A stretch of DNA of 64,000 nt. Origin: Planctomycetia bacterium (lineage in GTDB: Bacteria > Planctomycetota > Planctomycetia > Pirellulales > PNKZ01). The stretch's first letter is position 1. Each line of letters begins with the position of its first letter. The notes below the pieces were generated by a model, which was given only the letters and a program-made list of their open reading frames with translations, ran no database searches and was not told the origin of the DNA. This document shows, piece by piece, positions 1 through 10,111 of this stretch. The position numbers and the translations under genes were made by a program. The stretch covers positions 5,993-69,992 of the forward strand of contig JAIOPP010000095.1 of assembly GCA_021413845.1 (NCBI GenBank), read 5' to 3'.

Positions 1-1744
1 GCTCGACCGTGATCGTTTCGCCGGTTCCCTTCTTCGCGGTCTGCAGCACCGTCCGAATCGGCGGCAGGGCCGACATTTGCAACGGATCGACGGCGACGAT
101 CGAGCCGACCGGATCGGTGAGCCGCGTGCTGGAATAATAGAGCGGAAACTCGACCGGCTCCCGAATCCGCAGCTCGAAGGTTCGGCCCGGCAGGTCGAGC
201 CCTTGCCCTTCGTCGATGCCTGCCGGCAACAAGCAGACGGCCTTCGCCGCGGCCTCGTCGGCGGAGCCCAGCCCGACGTAATACGTTCGCGCCGAACCTG
301 CCGCGATGCGCACTCCTTGCCCACGCCGCACGAGCCCATAGTAGGCCGCGCCGCGCGCCACGGCTAAGTCGAGCCGGTGGTTATCGAGAATGCGCGGTTG
401 CCACGCTTGCGCCCCGGTCGCGCCCGGCGGCGCGAACCAAGAGCCGAGCACTTCCAACAGCCGGCTCCGCAACTGCGGCGACTCGAAGAACCCTCCGTTG
501 AACAACACGATGTCGGGCCGCGCCGGATCGTGCGGCGTGTTCATCGGCACATCGTCCGTGGCGACGTGCCGATGCGCGGAGAGAAACGCTCCGAGATAGC
601 GCGTCATCGCGGCATCGGGAGCGTAAGGGAGCCCGAATTCTTGGAAGCCGCTCCGTCGGGCCGGAGGTTTTTCATCGAGCTTCGTCCGAGGCAAGAAACC
701 TTCGACGAGGAGCGCTTGCCCTTCGCCGGCGTCGAGCTCGATGCTGCGGCCGCCGCCGATCAAGCGCGAGCCGCCGCCGGGAAGATTCACTTTGATCCGC
801 TCCGGCGGCGCGGGCCCGAGCAGCGTCTCTTTCACTTGCCGGCAACTTCGCAACAGCGTGGCCCATGCGCGCGGCTCGAGCTTGCCGCCGTCGGTCGCTT
901 TCCGTTCCAGGTGATGTGCGAGCGCCAGGTCGAGGTTATCGCCGCCGAGAATCAAATGGTCGCCGACCGCCACACGATGAAACTGCACGCGACCATCGCC
1001 GCCGGCCCGCACGCGGATGAGCGTGAAGTCGGTGGTTCCGCCGCCGATGTCGCACACCAGGATCTTCTGCCCCGGCTCGACTTCGGTTTGCCAACGATCG
1101 GCGTGGGCCGTGATCCAGGCATAGAACGCGGCTTGCGGCTCTTCCAACAACACGACCCGATTCAAACCGGCGAGCTTCGCCGATCGGATCGTCAACTCGC
1201 GAGCCACTTCATCGAAAGACGCCGGCAACGTGAGGACGATCTCCTGCTCTTCCAGCGGATAACGCGGAAAGCGGTAGTTCCACGCCCGGCGAAAGTGTTC
1301 GAGATAGCGGGCACCGACATCGACCGGCGAGAGCTTCACAACATCTTCGGCACCGTGCCAAGGCAACAGTTCGGCCGTACGATCGACGCCGGCATGGCAG
1401 AGCCAACTTTTCGCCGACGAAATCAACCGGCCCGGCACGGTCTCGCCGTGATCGCGGGCGAATGTGCCGACGACATACGGCGGATCGCGGTCTTGCCACG
1501 GGAGTCGCATCGCGCCGGCGGCGAACTCCCCTCCGGCCGGCTCGTAGTGGAACGAGGGCAACGTGTCGCGGGCTTCGATCACGCCGGGAGCGACGATCTG
1601 CGGCACCGGAAAGTCTTGCACCTGCGACGCCGCACCGAGTTCGGCTTGTTCGGTGTCGACGAAAGCCATGGCCGAGTTCGTCGTGCCGAGATCGATGCCG
1701 ACGATATAGCGGCTCGGGCCCGATGGAAGCGCGTCGTTAGCCAT
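1..1744 (-). CDS. Hsp70-family ATPase (DnaK/HscC-like), partial: C-terminal part lies beyond the left edge
   Basis: Absent from the ORF track because no stop codon lies in the window. My reverse-strand translation from the ATG at 1744..1742 reads MANDALPSGPSRYIVGIDLGTTNSAMAFVDTEQAELG..., which carries the Hsp70/actin-fold phosphate-1 motif. The +strand ORF 377..1753 is its antisense shadow. Confidence 0.8.
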   Translation of the reverse strand, partial: MANDALPSGPSRYIVGIDLGTTNSAMAFVDTEQAELGAASQVQDFPVPQIVAPGVIEARDTLPSFHYEPAGGEFAAGAMRLPWQDRDPPYVVGTFARDHGETVPGRLISSAKSWLCHAGVDRTAELLPWHGAEDVVKLSPVDVGARYLEHFRRAWNYRFPRYPLEEQEIVLTLPASFDEVARELTIRSAKLAGLNRVVLLEEPQAAFYAWITAHADRWQTEVEPGQKILVCDIGGGTTDFTLIRVRAGGDGRVQFHRVAVGDHLILGGDNLDLALAHHLERKATDGGKLEPRAWATLLRSCRQVKETLLGPAPPERIKVNLPGGGSRLIGGGRSIELDAGEGQALLVEGFLPRTKLDEKPPARRSGFQEFGLPYAPDAAMTRYLGAFLSAHRHVATDDVPMNTPHDPARPDIVLFNGGFFESPQLRSRLLEVLGSWFAPPGATGAQAWQPRILDNHRLDLAVARGAAYYGLVRRGQGVRIAAGSARTYYVGLGSADEAAAKAVCLLPAGIDEGQGLDLPGRTFELRIREPVEFPLYYSSTRLTDPVGSIVAVDPLQMSALPPIRTVLQTAKKGTGETITVE

Positions 1745-1759
1745 GACGAATGAAACGGG

Positions 1760-3568
1760 CTAAGCCGATTCCTCGCGCACGCTGAACTCCAGCTTCCAAC
1801 GATGCGGCGAGATCGTGCTGGCGCACCAGAGCTCGAAGACGCCGAGCTCCGTGATGCGCGACTCGAACCGCACCGGCACGTAGCCGTCGTCGGCTTCTTC
1901 CATCGCCGGCAAAACCGTCGCCAAGGGATCGGTCTCGACGAGTTCATCGTCGGCCCAACGCTCGCGCAGGTCGCCGGGACGATCGCTCTTGCGAACAGCC
2001 GAACTAAAGAATCGAAACTCCGCCGGCTCACCGACCACGAGCCCGATCTCTCCGCCGGGAACTTCCGCGGCCGTTCCTTCTTCCATGCCGAACGGCACGA
2101 CGCAGAGCGCGCGCAGCGGGCGCTGCGCGCCGGGAATCGCGAGCCCTGCGCTCTCGATGCCGACGTAGTAGGAACGCGCCGTGCCGCCGCGAATGCGGAT
2201 GCCGCCGGCGGTCTTTGAGCGGGCATAGTAAGCGGCGCCGCGCGCCACGGCACAATCGAGATCACTGTTCCCTTCGAGCGTGCGAGGCAGCCGCGCGGCG
2301 CCGCACCAGCCGGCAAGCACGTCGAGCAGGCGAGCCCGCAGCGTGTCGGCTTTGAAGACTCCGCCGTTGAACAACACATGCAAAGGCTTCGCCGCCGCAG
2401 TCTCCGAAGCCGCGACGCCGAGCACGCCGTTGGAGCTGAGAAACAGGGCCAAATGTCGCGTCACGGCGGTATCGACTTCGTACGGCAAGCCGAGCTCGCG
2501 GAAGCCGGAGGCCCGATTCTTCTGCGGCTTCGCGGCGGCCTCGCAAGGGGGAAAGAAGCCGTCGACGAGCAGCCGCACGACGTCGTCGCGCACGAGATCG
2601 GCCGAGATCGTGCCGCCGACTAAGCGGCTTCCGCGCCCTAACACGGCGACGGGATGTTTCTCCGGTCCGCCGGAGGCGAGCAAGGCTTCCTTCGCGGCGC
2701 GGCACGAATGCCAAAGCGCGACCGATTGCCAAGGATCGAGCTTCGCTCCTTTTTGCTCGAGCACACCCGCGGCGTAGTGCGCAAGAGCGAGATCCATGTT
2801 GTCGCCGCCGACGAGCGTGTGGTTGCCGACCGCTGCGCGGCGCAGCATCAACTCGCCGCGCTCTTCCGCAACCTCGACGAGCGTGAAGTCGGTCGTGCCG
2901 CCGCCGACATCGCATACCAGGAGCGATTCGCCGACTTGCAACGTCCGCCGCCAGCGATCGCCCGTATCGGCGAGCCAAGCGTACACGGCCGCTTGCGGTT
3001 CTTCCAAGAGAATGAACGCTTCGGGAAAGCCGGCGGCAAGTGCCGCTTCGCGCGTAAGTTCGCGCGCGGCGGCGTCGAACGAAGCGGGAACGGTGAGCAC
3101 GACCGATTGGTCCGCGAACGGCGCACTCGGATAAGCCGCGGTCCAAGCGGCGACCAGATGTTCCAGATAGCGCCGCGAGGCTTCGACCGGAGAAATCTTG
3201 GCGACCTCGTCTGGCGCGCCCCAGGGGAGGATCGCCTTGCGCCGGTCGACCCGACTGTACGCGAGCCAGCTCTTCGCAGCGGCGACGGTTCGCGTCGGCG
3301 CGTCGGCCGATTGCTTGCGGGCCCATTCGCCGACGACGTAATCGCGTCCGATAGCCCAAGGCAAATCGTAGCTCGCTTGGCCTCGGTCGTGATCGCCGGC
3401 GAGATACGTGAACGACGGTAGCAACGGGCGCGATTCGAGTACGCCGGGCGCCGTGAGTTGCGGAATCGGCAACACCTCGACCGTGGCGCGCTCGTCGTCG
3501 AGCGGCGCATAGGCGAGCGCCGAGTTCGTCGTCCCGAGGTCGATGCCGATGGCGTAACGCGCACTCAT
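1760..3568 (-). CDS. Hsp70-family ATPase (complete paralogue)
   Basis: Track ORF 1760..3601. The internal ATG at 3568 gives MSARYAIGIDLGTTNSALAYAP, a canonical Hsp70 N-terminus. The second actin-fold motif LLVCDVGGGTTDFTLV is present. A 15-nt gap separates it from the next Hsp70 gene. Confidence 0.85.
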   Translation of the reverse strand: MSARYAIGIDLGTTNSALAYAPLDDERATVEVLPIPQLTAPGVLESRPLLPSFTYLAGDHDRGQASYDLPWAIGRDYVVGEWARKQSADAPTRTVAAAKSWLAYSRVDRRKAILPWGAPDEVAKISPVEASRRYLEHLVAAWTAAYPSAPFADQSVVLTVPASFDAAARELTREAALAAGFPEAFILLEEPQAAVYAWLADTGDRWRRTLQVGESLLVCDVGGGTTDFTLVEVAEERGELMLRRAAVGNHTLVGGDNMDLALAHYAAGVLEQKGAKLDPWQSVALWHSCRAAKEALLASGGPEKHPVAVLGRGSRLVGGTISADLVRDDVVRLLVDGFFPPCEAAAKPQKNRASGFRELGLPYEVDTAVTRHLALFLSSNGVLGVAASETAAAKPLHVLFNGGVFKADTLRARLLDVLAGWCGAARLPRTLEGNSDLDCAVARGAAYYARSKTAGGIRIRGGTARSYYVGIESAGLAIPGAQRPLRALCVVPFGMEEGTAAEVPGGEIGLVVGEPAEFRFFSSAVRKSDRPGDLRERWADDELVETDPLATVLPAMEEADDGYVPVRFESRITELGVFELWCASTISPHRWKLEFSVREESA

Positions 3569-3619
3569 CCGATGTAGTTCCTCATGCCGACGGCAAGCCA
3601 AGGTGACAGGAAGCCTTCG

Positions 3620-4189
3620 TTATTTGATTTCAAGTTCGATCGGGGCGACGATCGTCTGTGCGGCTTCGCTGCCGGTCCAGGCGGGGAGTTCGCACCGTGT
3701 CGCTTGCCAACCATGGTGGGCTACCATCCCGCGAAACGGTGGCTTCCCGACGACGTTGCCGGTAAGGCGAAAGCGGGCCGCATCGAACCCCTCGGCGACT
3801 TCCAACGGGCTTCCCTCCGCTTGCTCGGTCGCCGGCCGGAGCGCGAAGATCCGTTCGATCGCAGCGGCGCAATCGCGATGCACGTCGCGCACCGCGGCGC
3901 CGATCTGAGCGTCGTCGTAGGCCGAGATGGACTCCTTCAGGAAATCGACCAAGCGTGCCTCGCGCTGCAAGGCGAAAAGGAGGCTAAGGGCATCGTTGCG
4001 CGTCGGCTTGGGCTTCGCCGGCGCAGCCGCTTTGACCGGGCTCGGCGCCGCGGCGGGGACGTTTTCCGGAGCGGCTTTCGCCGGTTGCGGGCTCGCCGAA
4101 CCGTCTAACAGCAGCGCTACGCGACCGGCGAATTCTTGGTTCCCAAGCGCTCGGAAAAAGGACTTCAAGGCGATGGCTAGCCGACCCAC
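3620..4189 (-). CDS. DUF2760-like protein, first gene of a DUF2760-Hsp70-Hsp70 operon
   Basis: GTG start at 4189, with AAGGAG 5 nt upstream on the coding strand. The N-terminus GRLAIALKSFFRALG is followed by an Ala/Pro-rich linker and a structured C-terminal half. The family call comes from the remembered DUF2760/Hsp70 neighbourhood, not from a search. Confidence 0.6.
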   Translation of the reverse strand: MGRLAIALKSFFRALGNQEFAGRVALLLDGSASPQPAKAAPENVPAAAPSPVKAAAPAKPKPTRNDALSLLFALQREARLVDFLKESISAYDDAQIGAAVRDVHRDCAAAIERIFALRPATEQAEGSPLEVAEGFDAARFRLTGNVVGKPPFRGMVAHHGWQATRCELPAWTGSEAAQTIVAPIELEIK

Positions 4190-4438
4190 GGCAACTCCTT
4201 AGAAAAGGCGAATGCACACAGAATGGCGGTCGCAGCCGTGAGTTGTCAACCCATGCGGAATTGCCGCCGCTCGACGCGCGGCTGAGCTTCCATTTTAGGA
4301 GGAGACCAACTAAGGTTAATGCCCTCGGCGCAGCGAAGATACGTCGAAACCACACACGGCCGACCGGCGGGAGACGAGACGCTTTCCCGGCGCGGTCGGG
4401 GCTACTACTTTTTCCTTATCATATCGGTCGGGTAGTTC

Positions 4439-5752
4439 ATGCGCATCGCAGTGATCGGAACGGGATACGTCGGGCTGGTGAGCGGAACTTGTTTTGCCGA
4501 TAGCGGCAACGAGGTGATTTGCGTCGATATCGATGCGGCTAAGATCGAGGCTCTGAAGCGCGGTGAGATTCCGATCTTCGAGCCGGGCCTGACCGAGATG
4601 GTGATCCACAACATCGAGGCCGACCGCCTCCACTTCACGACCGATCTCGCGGCCGGTGTGCGCGAGGCCGACCTCGTGTTCCTCGCCGTCGGCACGCCGA
4701 GCGCGCACGACGGCTCGGCCGACTTGACGAACCTCTGGAAGGTCGTCGAACAGATGGCGAGCCACTTGCCGACGCAAGCGATCGTCGTGACGAAAAGCAC
4801 GGTGCCGGTCGGCACGAACGCCGGCATTCGCGCTCGGCTGAAAGCCGCGACCGGCCGCGATTGCGACGTCGCGAGCAATCCGGAATTCTTAAAAGAAGGG
4901 GCCGCGATCGACGACTTCGTAAAGCCCGACCGCGTGGTCGTCGGCGTGACGAGCACGCGCGCGGCCGAAGCGCTCCGCACGCTCTATCATCCGTTTCTAC
5001 GAACGGAAAAACCGTTTCTCGTTATGTCGCCCGAAAGCGCGGAGATGACGAAGTACGTCGCCAACGCGCTGCTGTCGACGAAGATCAGCTTCATCAACGA
5101 GATGGCGAATCTGTGCGAACTGATGGCGGCCGACGTGAACGACGTGCGCCGCGGCATCGGCACCGATAGCCGAATCGGGCTCGCTTTTCTTTTTCCCGGC
5201 GTCGGCTACGGCGGCAGCTGCTTTCCGAAAGACGTGCGGGCCTTGGAGTCGATGGCGAAGAGCAAAGGGTACGAGCTCAAGATTTTGCCGGCCGTCGATG
5301 CGGTGAACGATCGGCAGAAGACCGTGCTCTTGGAAAAAGTGCTGAAGCATTTCGGCAACGATACGGCAGGGAAGACGATCGCCGTGTGGGGGCTGGCCTT
5401 CAAGCCGCGCACAGACGACATTCGCGAAGCGCCGGCCTTGGCGATGATCGATCAACTGCTTGCGCGCGGGGCGAAGATTCAGGTCCACGACCCGGAAGCG
5501 ATGGAGAACGTGCGCAAGAAATACGGCGACAAGCTGCACTATGCCGATCGCCCGTACGACACGCTAATCGACGCCGACGCGCTGTTGATTATGACCGAAT
5601 GGAAGGAGTTTCAGAATTTGAATCTCGCGGCCATTCGGAAGCTGATGCGCAAGCCGGTCATTTTCGACGGCCGCAACATCTACGAACCGAAAGCGCTGCG
5701 CGACGCCGGCTTCACCTACTATAGCATCGGCCGGGCTCCGGTTTTGCCGTAA
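4439..5752 (+). CDS. ugd: UDP-glucose 6-dehydrogenase
   Basis: 437 aa. N-terminal Rossmann motif [14 protein letters not shown], and the catalytic-Cys region [10 protein letters not shown]. Confidence 0.9.
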   Translation: MRIAVIGTGYVGLVSGTCFADSGNEVICVDIDAAKIEALKRGEIPIFEPGLTEMVIHNIEADRLHFTTDLAAGVREADLVFLAVGTPSAHDGSADLTNLWKVVEQMASHLPTQAIVVTKSTVPVGTNAGIRARLKAATGRDCDVASNPEFLKEGAAIDDFVKPDRVVVGVTSTRAAEALRTLYHPFLRTEKPFLVMSPESAEMTKYVANALLSTKISFINEMANLCELMAADVNDVRRGIGTDSRIGLAFLFPGVGYGGSCFPKDVRALESMAKSKGYELKILPAVDAVNDRQKTVLLEKVLKHFGNDTAGKTIAVWGLAFKPRTDDIREAPALAMIDQLLARGAKIQVHDPEAMENVRKKYGDKLHYADRPYDTLIDADALLIMTEWKEFQNLNLAAIRKLMRKPVIFDGRNIYEPKALRDAGFTYYSIGRAPVLP

Positions 5753-5816
5753 GCAGAGCAACGCGTTCGGTTTCGTCGGGACATTATTCGAGACACTCGG
5801 GAGCGACAGAGCGGCG

Positions 5817-6794
5817 ATGAGCAACAAGATCAAACGGATCGTCGTAACCGGTGGGGCCGGGTTTCTCGGCTCGAAGCTCTGCACGCGGCTCGTCGAACAA
5901 GGAGACGACGTCATCTGCGTCGACAACTTCTTCACGAGCCAGAAGAGCAACGTCGATCATCTGCTCGCAAAGCCGAACTTCGAGCTGCTGCGCCACGACG
6001 TCACGCACCCGTTGTGGCTCGAAGTCGATGAGATCTACAACTTGGCTTGCCCCGCCGCGCCGGGCCATTATCAATACAACCCGATCAAGACGATGAAAAC
6101 GTCGGTGATGGGGGCGATCAACATGCTGGGCATGGCGAAGCGCTGCCGCGCGAAGATCCTGCAAGCGTCGACCAGCGAAGTGTACGGCGATCCCGAGGTG
6201 CATCCGCAGCCGGAGTCGTATCGCGGGAGCGTCAACCCGATCGGCACGCGCGCCTGCTACGACGAAGGGAAGCGCGCCGCCGAAACGCTGTTTATGGATT
6301 ACTGGCGGATGAACCATGTGAACATCCGGTTGATCCGGATCTTCAACACTTACGGGCCCGGGATGCATCCCTACGACGGGCGCGTGGTGTCGAACTTCAT
6401 TCAGCAAGCGCTCGAAGGAAAAGATCTGACGATCTTCGGCGACGGAAGCCAAACGCGGAGCTTCTGCTATCGCGACGACTTGATCGAAGGGATGATCCGG
6501 ATGATGAACGGGCCGGACGAGTTCGTCGGGCCGGTGAACCTCGGCAACCCGACCGAGTTCACGATCTTGGAGCTTGCGAAGCTCGTGATCGAGCTGACCG
6601 GCGCGAAAGGGAAGATCATCGAGAAGCCGCTACCGGCCGACGATCCGAAACAGCGCAAGCCCGACATCACGCTGGCGAAGAAATGGCTCGACTGGGAACC
6701 GACGATCCCGCTGCGCGAAGGGCTCAAGAAAACGATCGAGTGGTTCCGCTCGATCGACATGCGCAAGTATCGGCCGCCGACGCCGAACTACTAA
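5817..6794 (+). CDS. uxs: UDP-glucuronate decarboxylase (UDP-xylose synthase), SDR family
   Basis: 325 aa. [10 protein letters not shown] nucleotide-binding motif and YDEGKR (YxxxK). It lies immediately downstream of ugd. Confidence 0.85.
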   Translation: MSNKIKRIVVTGGAGFLGSKLCTRLVEQGDDVICVDNFFTSQKSNVDHLLAKPNFELLRHDVTHPLWLEVDEIYNLACPAAPGHYQYNPIKTMKTSVMGAINMLGMAKRCRAKILQASTSEVYGDPEVHPQPESYRGSVNPIGTRACYDEGKRAAETLFMDYWRMNHVNIRLIRIFNTYGPGMHPYDGRVVSNFIQQALEGKDLTIFGDGSQTRSFCYRDDLIEGMIRMMNGPDEFVGPVNLGNPTEFTILELAKLVIELTGAKGKIIEKPLPADDPKQRKPDITLAKKWLDWEPTIPLREGLKKTIEWFRSIDMRKYRPPTPNY

Positions 6795-7158
6795 ACGACT
6801 CGTCGAGCCGTAGCGCCGTTATTCGTTCGCGCTCGGCAACTTGCTGGAAGATTGCGTCGCTCGGAATGCGCTCGAGCATTTCGCTTCTTGGATGTCGTCG
6901 CCCGATCTTCCGCGGTCTCTCTATTGTGACGCAGTGAACTCGTCGCCTACGCGCCAGGCTGCGCGAAACCTCACCAGCGGCGGACGATGTTCGACACACG
7001 TGACCGCCCGACGGTTCGATTTCGATGAATTATCACGGCTTACGCGTGCCGCTAGCAGTTGGGCACCCTGTTTGCATTGGTGTTGATTCAAGTGTCCTGA
7101 AACTTGAGTTGCCGCTCGTTCACCATTGCAAAAACTACCCCGACTCGGGAAATGATTT

Positions 7159-7881
7159 ATGAAAACGATTTTCTTCGCCGTCGTGTTCGTCGCCGTCTGC
7201 GTTTACGCGCTGGAAGTTCGACCTGAAAAGTTGTTTGCGTCGAAGCGTGTGCCTCTCGCGCCGCCGGCGATACCGACCGGCGAGCGGTTCTATGTCGTCC
7301 TCTTGGCGCATCAGAATCAGGAGAACGAAATCGCGATGTCGCACACGTTTGCCGTGTTTCTCAGGACGAGCGGCACCGGCGCCGAGCACCAAGTGTTAGA
7401 GACGCGCACGATCAATTGGCTCCCTGTTTCCGGCCATGTTTCGATCGTCCGGCCTGCTGAGCCGGGCATCAATAAGAGCCTCGCGGAAACTCTTGCGTGG
7501 GCGAAACAACGCGGCCTCGAGCTCACGATGCGCGGGCCCTACGAGATCGATGCGGAGTTCTTCGGGCGGGCGGCGGCACAAGTCGCGCGGCTCGAACGCG
7601 GCGATTTTAAGTATCGTTGCTTCAATACCCAGTCGCGAAACACGGCCAAGAATTGCATCCATGCCGTAGCGGACATCTTCGAAGATCAGGGCCGGATCGA
7701 CACAGGCAGCGCTCGCGGACACGAGGCGATGCTGAAAGTCGCCGAATACTTCCAGCCACGCTTCAAGGGCAAAGAACTCTTGGCCGCCGACGCCGAGCCG
7801 CTGCTGGCGAAACTCAATCTGCAGGATCTTCGCAAGCAGGCCGGCGAGCAAAACCTCGGAGCGGTCGCTGCCGGAGAGTGA
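7159..7881 (+). CDS. hypothetical membrane-anchored/secreted protein (possible permuted papain-like His...Cys motifs)
   Basis: 240 aa with a hydrophobic N-terminus, MKTIFFAVVFVAVCVYA. The motifs SHTFAVF and KNCIHAV are noted. No confident family. Confidence 0.55.
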   Translation: MKTIFFAVVFVAVCVYALEVRPEKLFASKRVPLAPPAIPTGERFYVVLLAHQNQENEIAMSHTFAVFLRTSGTGAEHQVLETRTINWLPVSGHVSIVRPAEPGINKSLAETLAWAKQRGLELTMRGPYEIDAEFFGRAAAQVARLERGDFKYRCFNTQSRNTAKNCIHAVADIFEDQGRIDTGSARGHEAMLKVAEYFQPRFKGKELLAADAEPLLAKLNLQDLRKQAGEQNLGAVAAGE

Positions 7882-7908
7882 GGCGGCCTGAGAGGCCGAT
7901 GCAGTTCG

Positions 7909-8400
7909 CTAGGCGTCGTGCGCGCGGAGCATCATCGCGGTTTCTTCGCGAAGGATATAGAGCGTCATTCGGGTTTCCCAGACGAGTAGCCCGGAACCGA
8001 CAACCAGACCGCCGACGCCGACCATTCCGGCGCATAGCGCGATGCCGAGCGCGATCTGCCGCGGCAGGTCTTGCTGTACGACGAAGAGCGCCCCGGCGAC
8101 GAGCGAAATCAGACTCGCCGCTCCGAACGAGCCGACGGAAACGTAGAACGCCGTGAGTGCCCGAACGAGCAGCAAGGCCCGTCGCTCGGCATATCGCAAC
8201 TGGCGAACGCGAAACGCCTTCGCGGGATCATCGGTGCGAGGTTGATCGCCGACTTCTTTCGACAGCGCTCGGGCCCGATCGATCGCCCGCGCGAAACGAT
8301 TCGCCGTGCCGAGCGACATGATCGACGAAGCGTTCGTTAAGATCGCGGGAGCCGCAATGAAAGTAAGCAGGCTGAGCGGATTCGCCGCGAGTGGTTCCAT
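7909..8400 (-). CDS. DUF2721-like membrane protein
   Basis: Track ORF 7909..8622. I use the internal ATG at 8400 (MEPLAANPLSLLTFIAAPAILTNASS...). The product has three hydrophobic helices and a central RFARAIDRARAL segment. The upstream 74 codons are Arg-rich and overlap the neighbouring gene end region. Confidence 0.55.
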   Translation of the reverse strand: MEPLAANPLSLLTFIAAPAILTNASSIMSLGTANRFARAIDRARALSKEVGDQPRTDDPAKAFRVRQLRYAERRALLLVRALTAFYVSVGSFGAASLISLVAGALFVVQQDLPRQIALGIALCAGMVGVGGLVVGSGLLVWETRMTLYILREETAMMLRAHDA

Positions 8401-8426
8401 CGAATATCGGCGCCCTGTGCGAGAAA

Positions 8427-9797
8427 TTAGATCGTGAACGGTGCGCGATACTTGCGGCTCGTAAGGGCCTGCGCTTCCGAGTCGTCGATAACGGCCTCTT
8501 TCACGGCGTCCCAGCGGATCTTGCGACCGGTTTGAATTGCGATGTTGCCGAGATGGCAAGCCGTGGCCGCGCGATGACCGATCTCGATCTCGCACACCGG
8601 CGGCTTGCGCGACGCCACGCATTCCAAGAAGTTGCGATGATGGTTCTCGCTCACATACAGCCGCACATCTTCGGCCTTGAGCGGCTCCTTCAACAAGTAT
8701 TCCGGCTCGACGACGATCTTGCCGCGGGCTACGAAAATCCTTCCTTCGGAGCCGATGAACGTTACCCCGCCGGGAATGTCTTTCTGCTGCTGGCCGACGA
8801 TCATCGTCACGTCGTTCGGGTACTTATACGTGACGCGGCAGGTCTCGGTGACTTCGTGCCAATGCTGCGGGTGGAACGTGCCGGTCCCTTCGATTTCGAG
8901 TGGGCCGGATTCGTCCATTCCCATGCCCCAATGCGCGATGTCGATATGATGCGCGCCGAAGTTCGTCATCTGCCCGCCCGAGTAGTCGCGAAAGAAGCGG
9001 AAGTTGTAATGGACGTGGTTCTTGTTATACGCGCGCTCCGGGGCGGGCCCGAGCCAGGCGTTGAAATCGAGCTCCGGCGGTGGAGCGCTGTCGGGAATCG
9101 GCTCGCCGGGATGATTCGGCTTCGGGATCCCCACCAACACTTCCTTCAACTTCCCGAGCCGGCCGGAGCGGACCAACTCGCAAGCCTGCCGGAACTTTTC
9201 GTCGGAACGTTGCTGCGAACCGGTTTGCACGATCCGCTTTCCCGCGCGGACCGCGTCGATCATCTTGCGCCCTTCGAAGATCGTGTGCGTCAGCGGCTTC
9301 TCGCAATAGACGTCTTTTCCGGCCAGGCAAGCGTCGATCGTCATCCGGGCGTGCCAATGGTCGGGCGTGCTGATGACGATCGCGTCGATGTCTTGCCGAT
9401 CGAGCAGCTTGCGATAATCGGCGACCCCTTCGACGTCGCGCATAAGCACCTTCTGCATCGCGGCTTGCGCATCGGCTAGCACTTTCGAGTCGACATCGCA
9501 CACCGGGCCGACCGTGCAGAGCGAACCATCGAGCTTCGAGAAGCTTCTTAAGTTCGACATCCCTTGGTTCTTCACGCCGATGTGCCCGGTGACGATCCGG
9601 TCGTTCGCGCCGAAGGCCGAGCGGGGGACGAAATACGGCGCCGCCAGCGCAGCCGAAGCGGCCAGCGAAGTCTTGAGGAATCGCCGCCGCGAAACTTGCG
9701 GAACCGAAGCCGAAACCGAAGCAGCGTGCGCACGATCGAGGGGCAAAGACATGGCAAAGGTTCCGGGCGAGGTTTCCGAGGAAGTGGCGGCGAACAT
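8427..9797 (-). CDS. Gfo/Idh/MocA-family oxidoreductase with Tat signal
   Basis: Twin-arginine motif SRRRFLKTSLAASAALAA, followed by a Rossmann-type N-terminal domain. The start may instead be the ATG at 9752. Confidence 0.75.
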   Translation of the reverse strand: MFAATSSETSPGTFAMSLPLDRAHAASVSASVPQVSRRRFLKTSLAASAALAAPYFVPRSAFGANDRIVTGHIGVKNQGMSNLRSFSKLDGSLCTVGPVCDVDSKVLADAQAAMQKVLMRDVEGVADYRKLLDRQDIDAIVISTPDHWHARMTIDACLAGKDVYCEKPLTHTIFEGRKMIDAVRAGKRIVQTGSQQRSDEKFRQACELVRSGRLGKLKEVLVGIPKPNHPGEPIPDSAPPPELDFNAWLGPAPERAYNKNHVHYNFRFFRDYSGGQMTNFGAHHIDIAHWGMGMDESGPLEIEGTGTFHPQHWHEVTETCRVTYKYPNDVTMIVGQQQKDIPGGVTFIGSEGRIFVARGKIVVEPEYLLKEPLKAEDVRLYVSENHHRNFLECVASRKPPVCEIEIGHRAATACHLGNIAIQTGRKIRWDAVKEAVIDDSEAQALTSRKYRAPFTI

Positions 9798-10111
9798 CGA
9801 GCGACGGCGAAGGGAGAGGCGATCCCGTTATATTCGGAGCAACCGATGTTTTCTACCTGCGCTCCGCTGGAGCCGACGGTCGTGAGCGTGAAGAGCCTGC
9901 GCCGCGAGCGCGCCCCGGCTTGAAAACCGGCCCGACGTCACCTATAACGGAACCTCGCCGCGGACGTGGCGAAACTGTTTTTGACGCCCGTTTCTGTCAT
10001 CTAGAGTGACCGATTATGTGGCGCCTATCGCATCTCTGTATGCCGCCGAATCTCTTGCCGGCGATTTCGTATAATCGCTGTCGGATAAACGACAACCGTG
10101 AGGCCGACGCG

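Noticed and set aside
377-1753. Long +strand ORF (458 aa), and many similar long ORFs opposite or out of frame to real genes. Examples are 2262..3359, 8391..9479, 13543..14853, 14928..16196, 16193..17422, 19929..21716, 23692..25200, 28502..29845, 28687..30132, 34101..35546, 47383..48660 and 61946..62830.
   Set aside because: Their products are Arg/Pro/Ala/Gly-rich and low-complexity, with no recognisable motifs. Each lies antisense to, or frame-shifted within, a gene with clear family signatures. This is typical shadow-ORF behaviour in high-GC DNA.
7884-7898. CGGCCT-GAG-AGGCCG hairpin between convergent genes as a terminator.
   Set aside because: It has a 6-bp stem, a 3-nt loop and no U-tract on either strand. 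It is plausible but not supportable without 3'-end data.
10070-10075. TATAAT upstream of the TIR-like gene as a full sigma70 promoter.
   Set aside because: No acceptable -35 hexamer lies at 16-18 nt spacing (TTGCCG is only 9 nt away). I keep it only as a hint inside the TIR finding, not as a called promoter.
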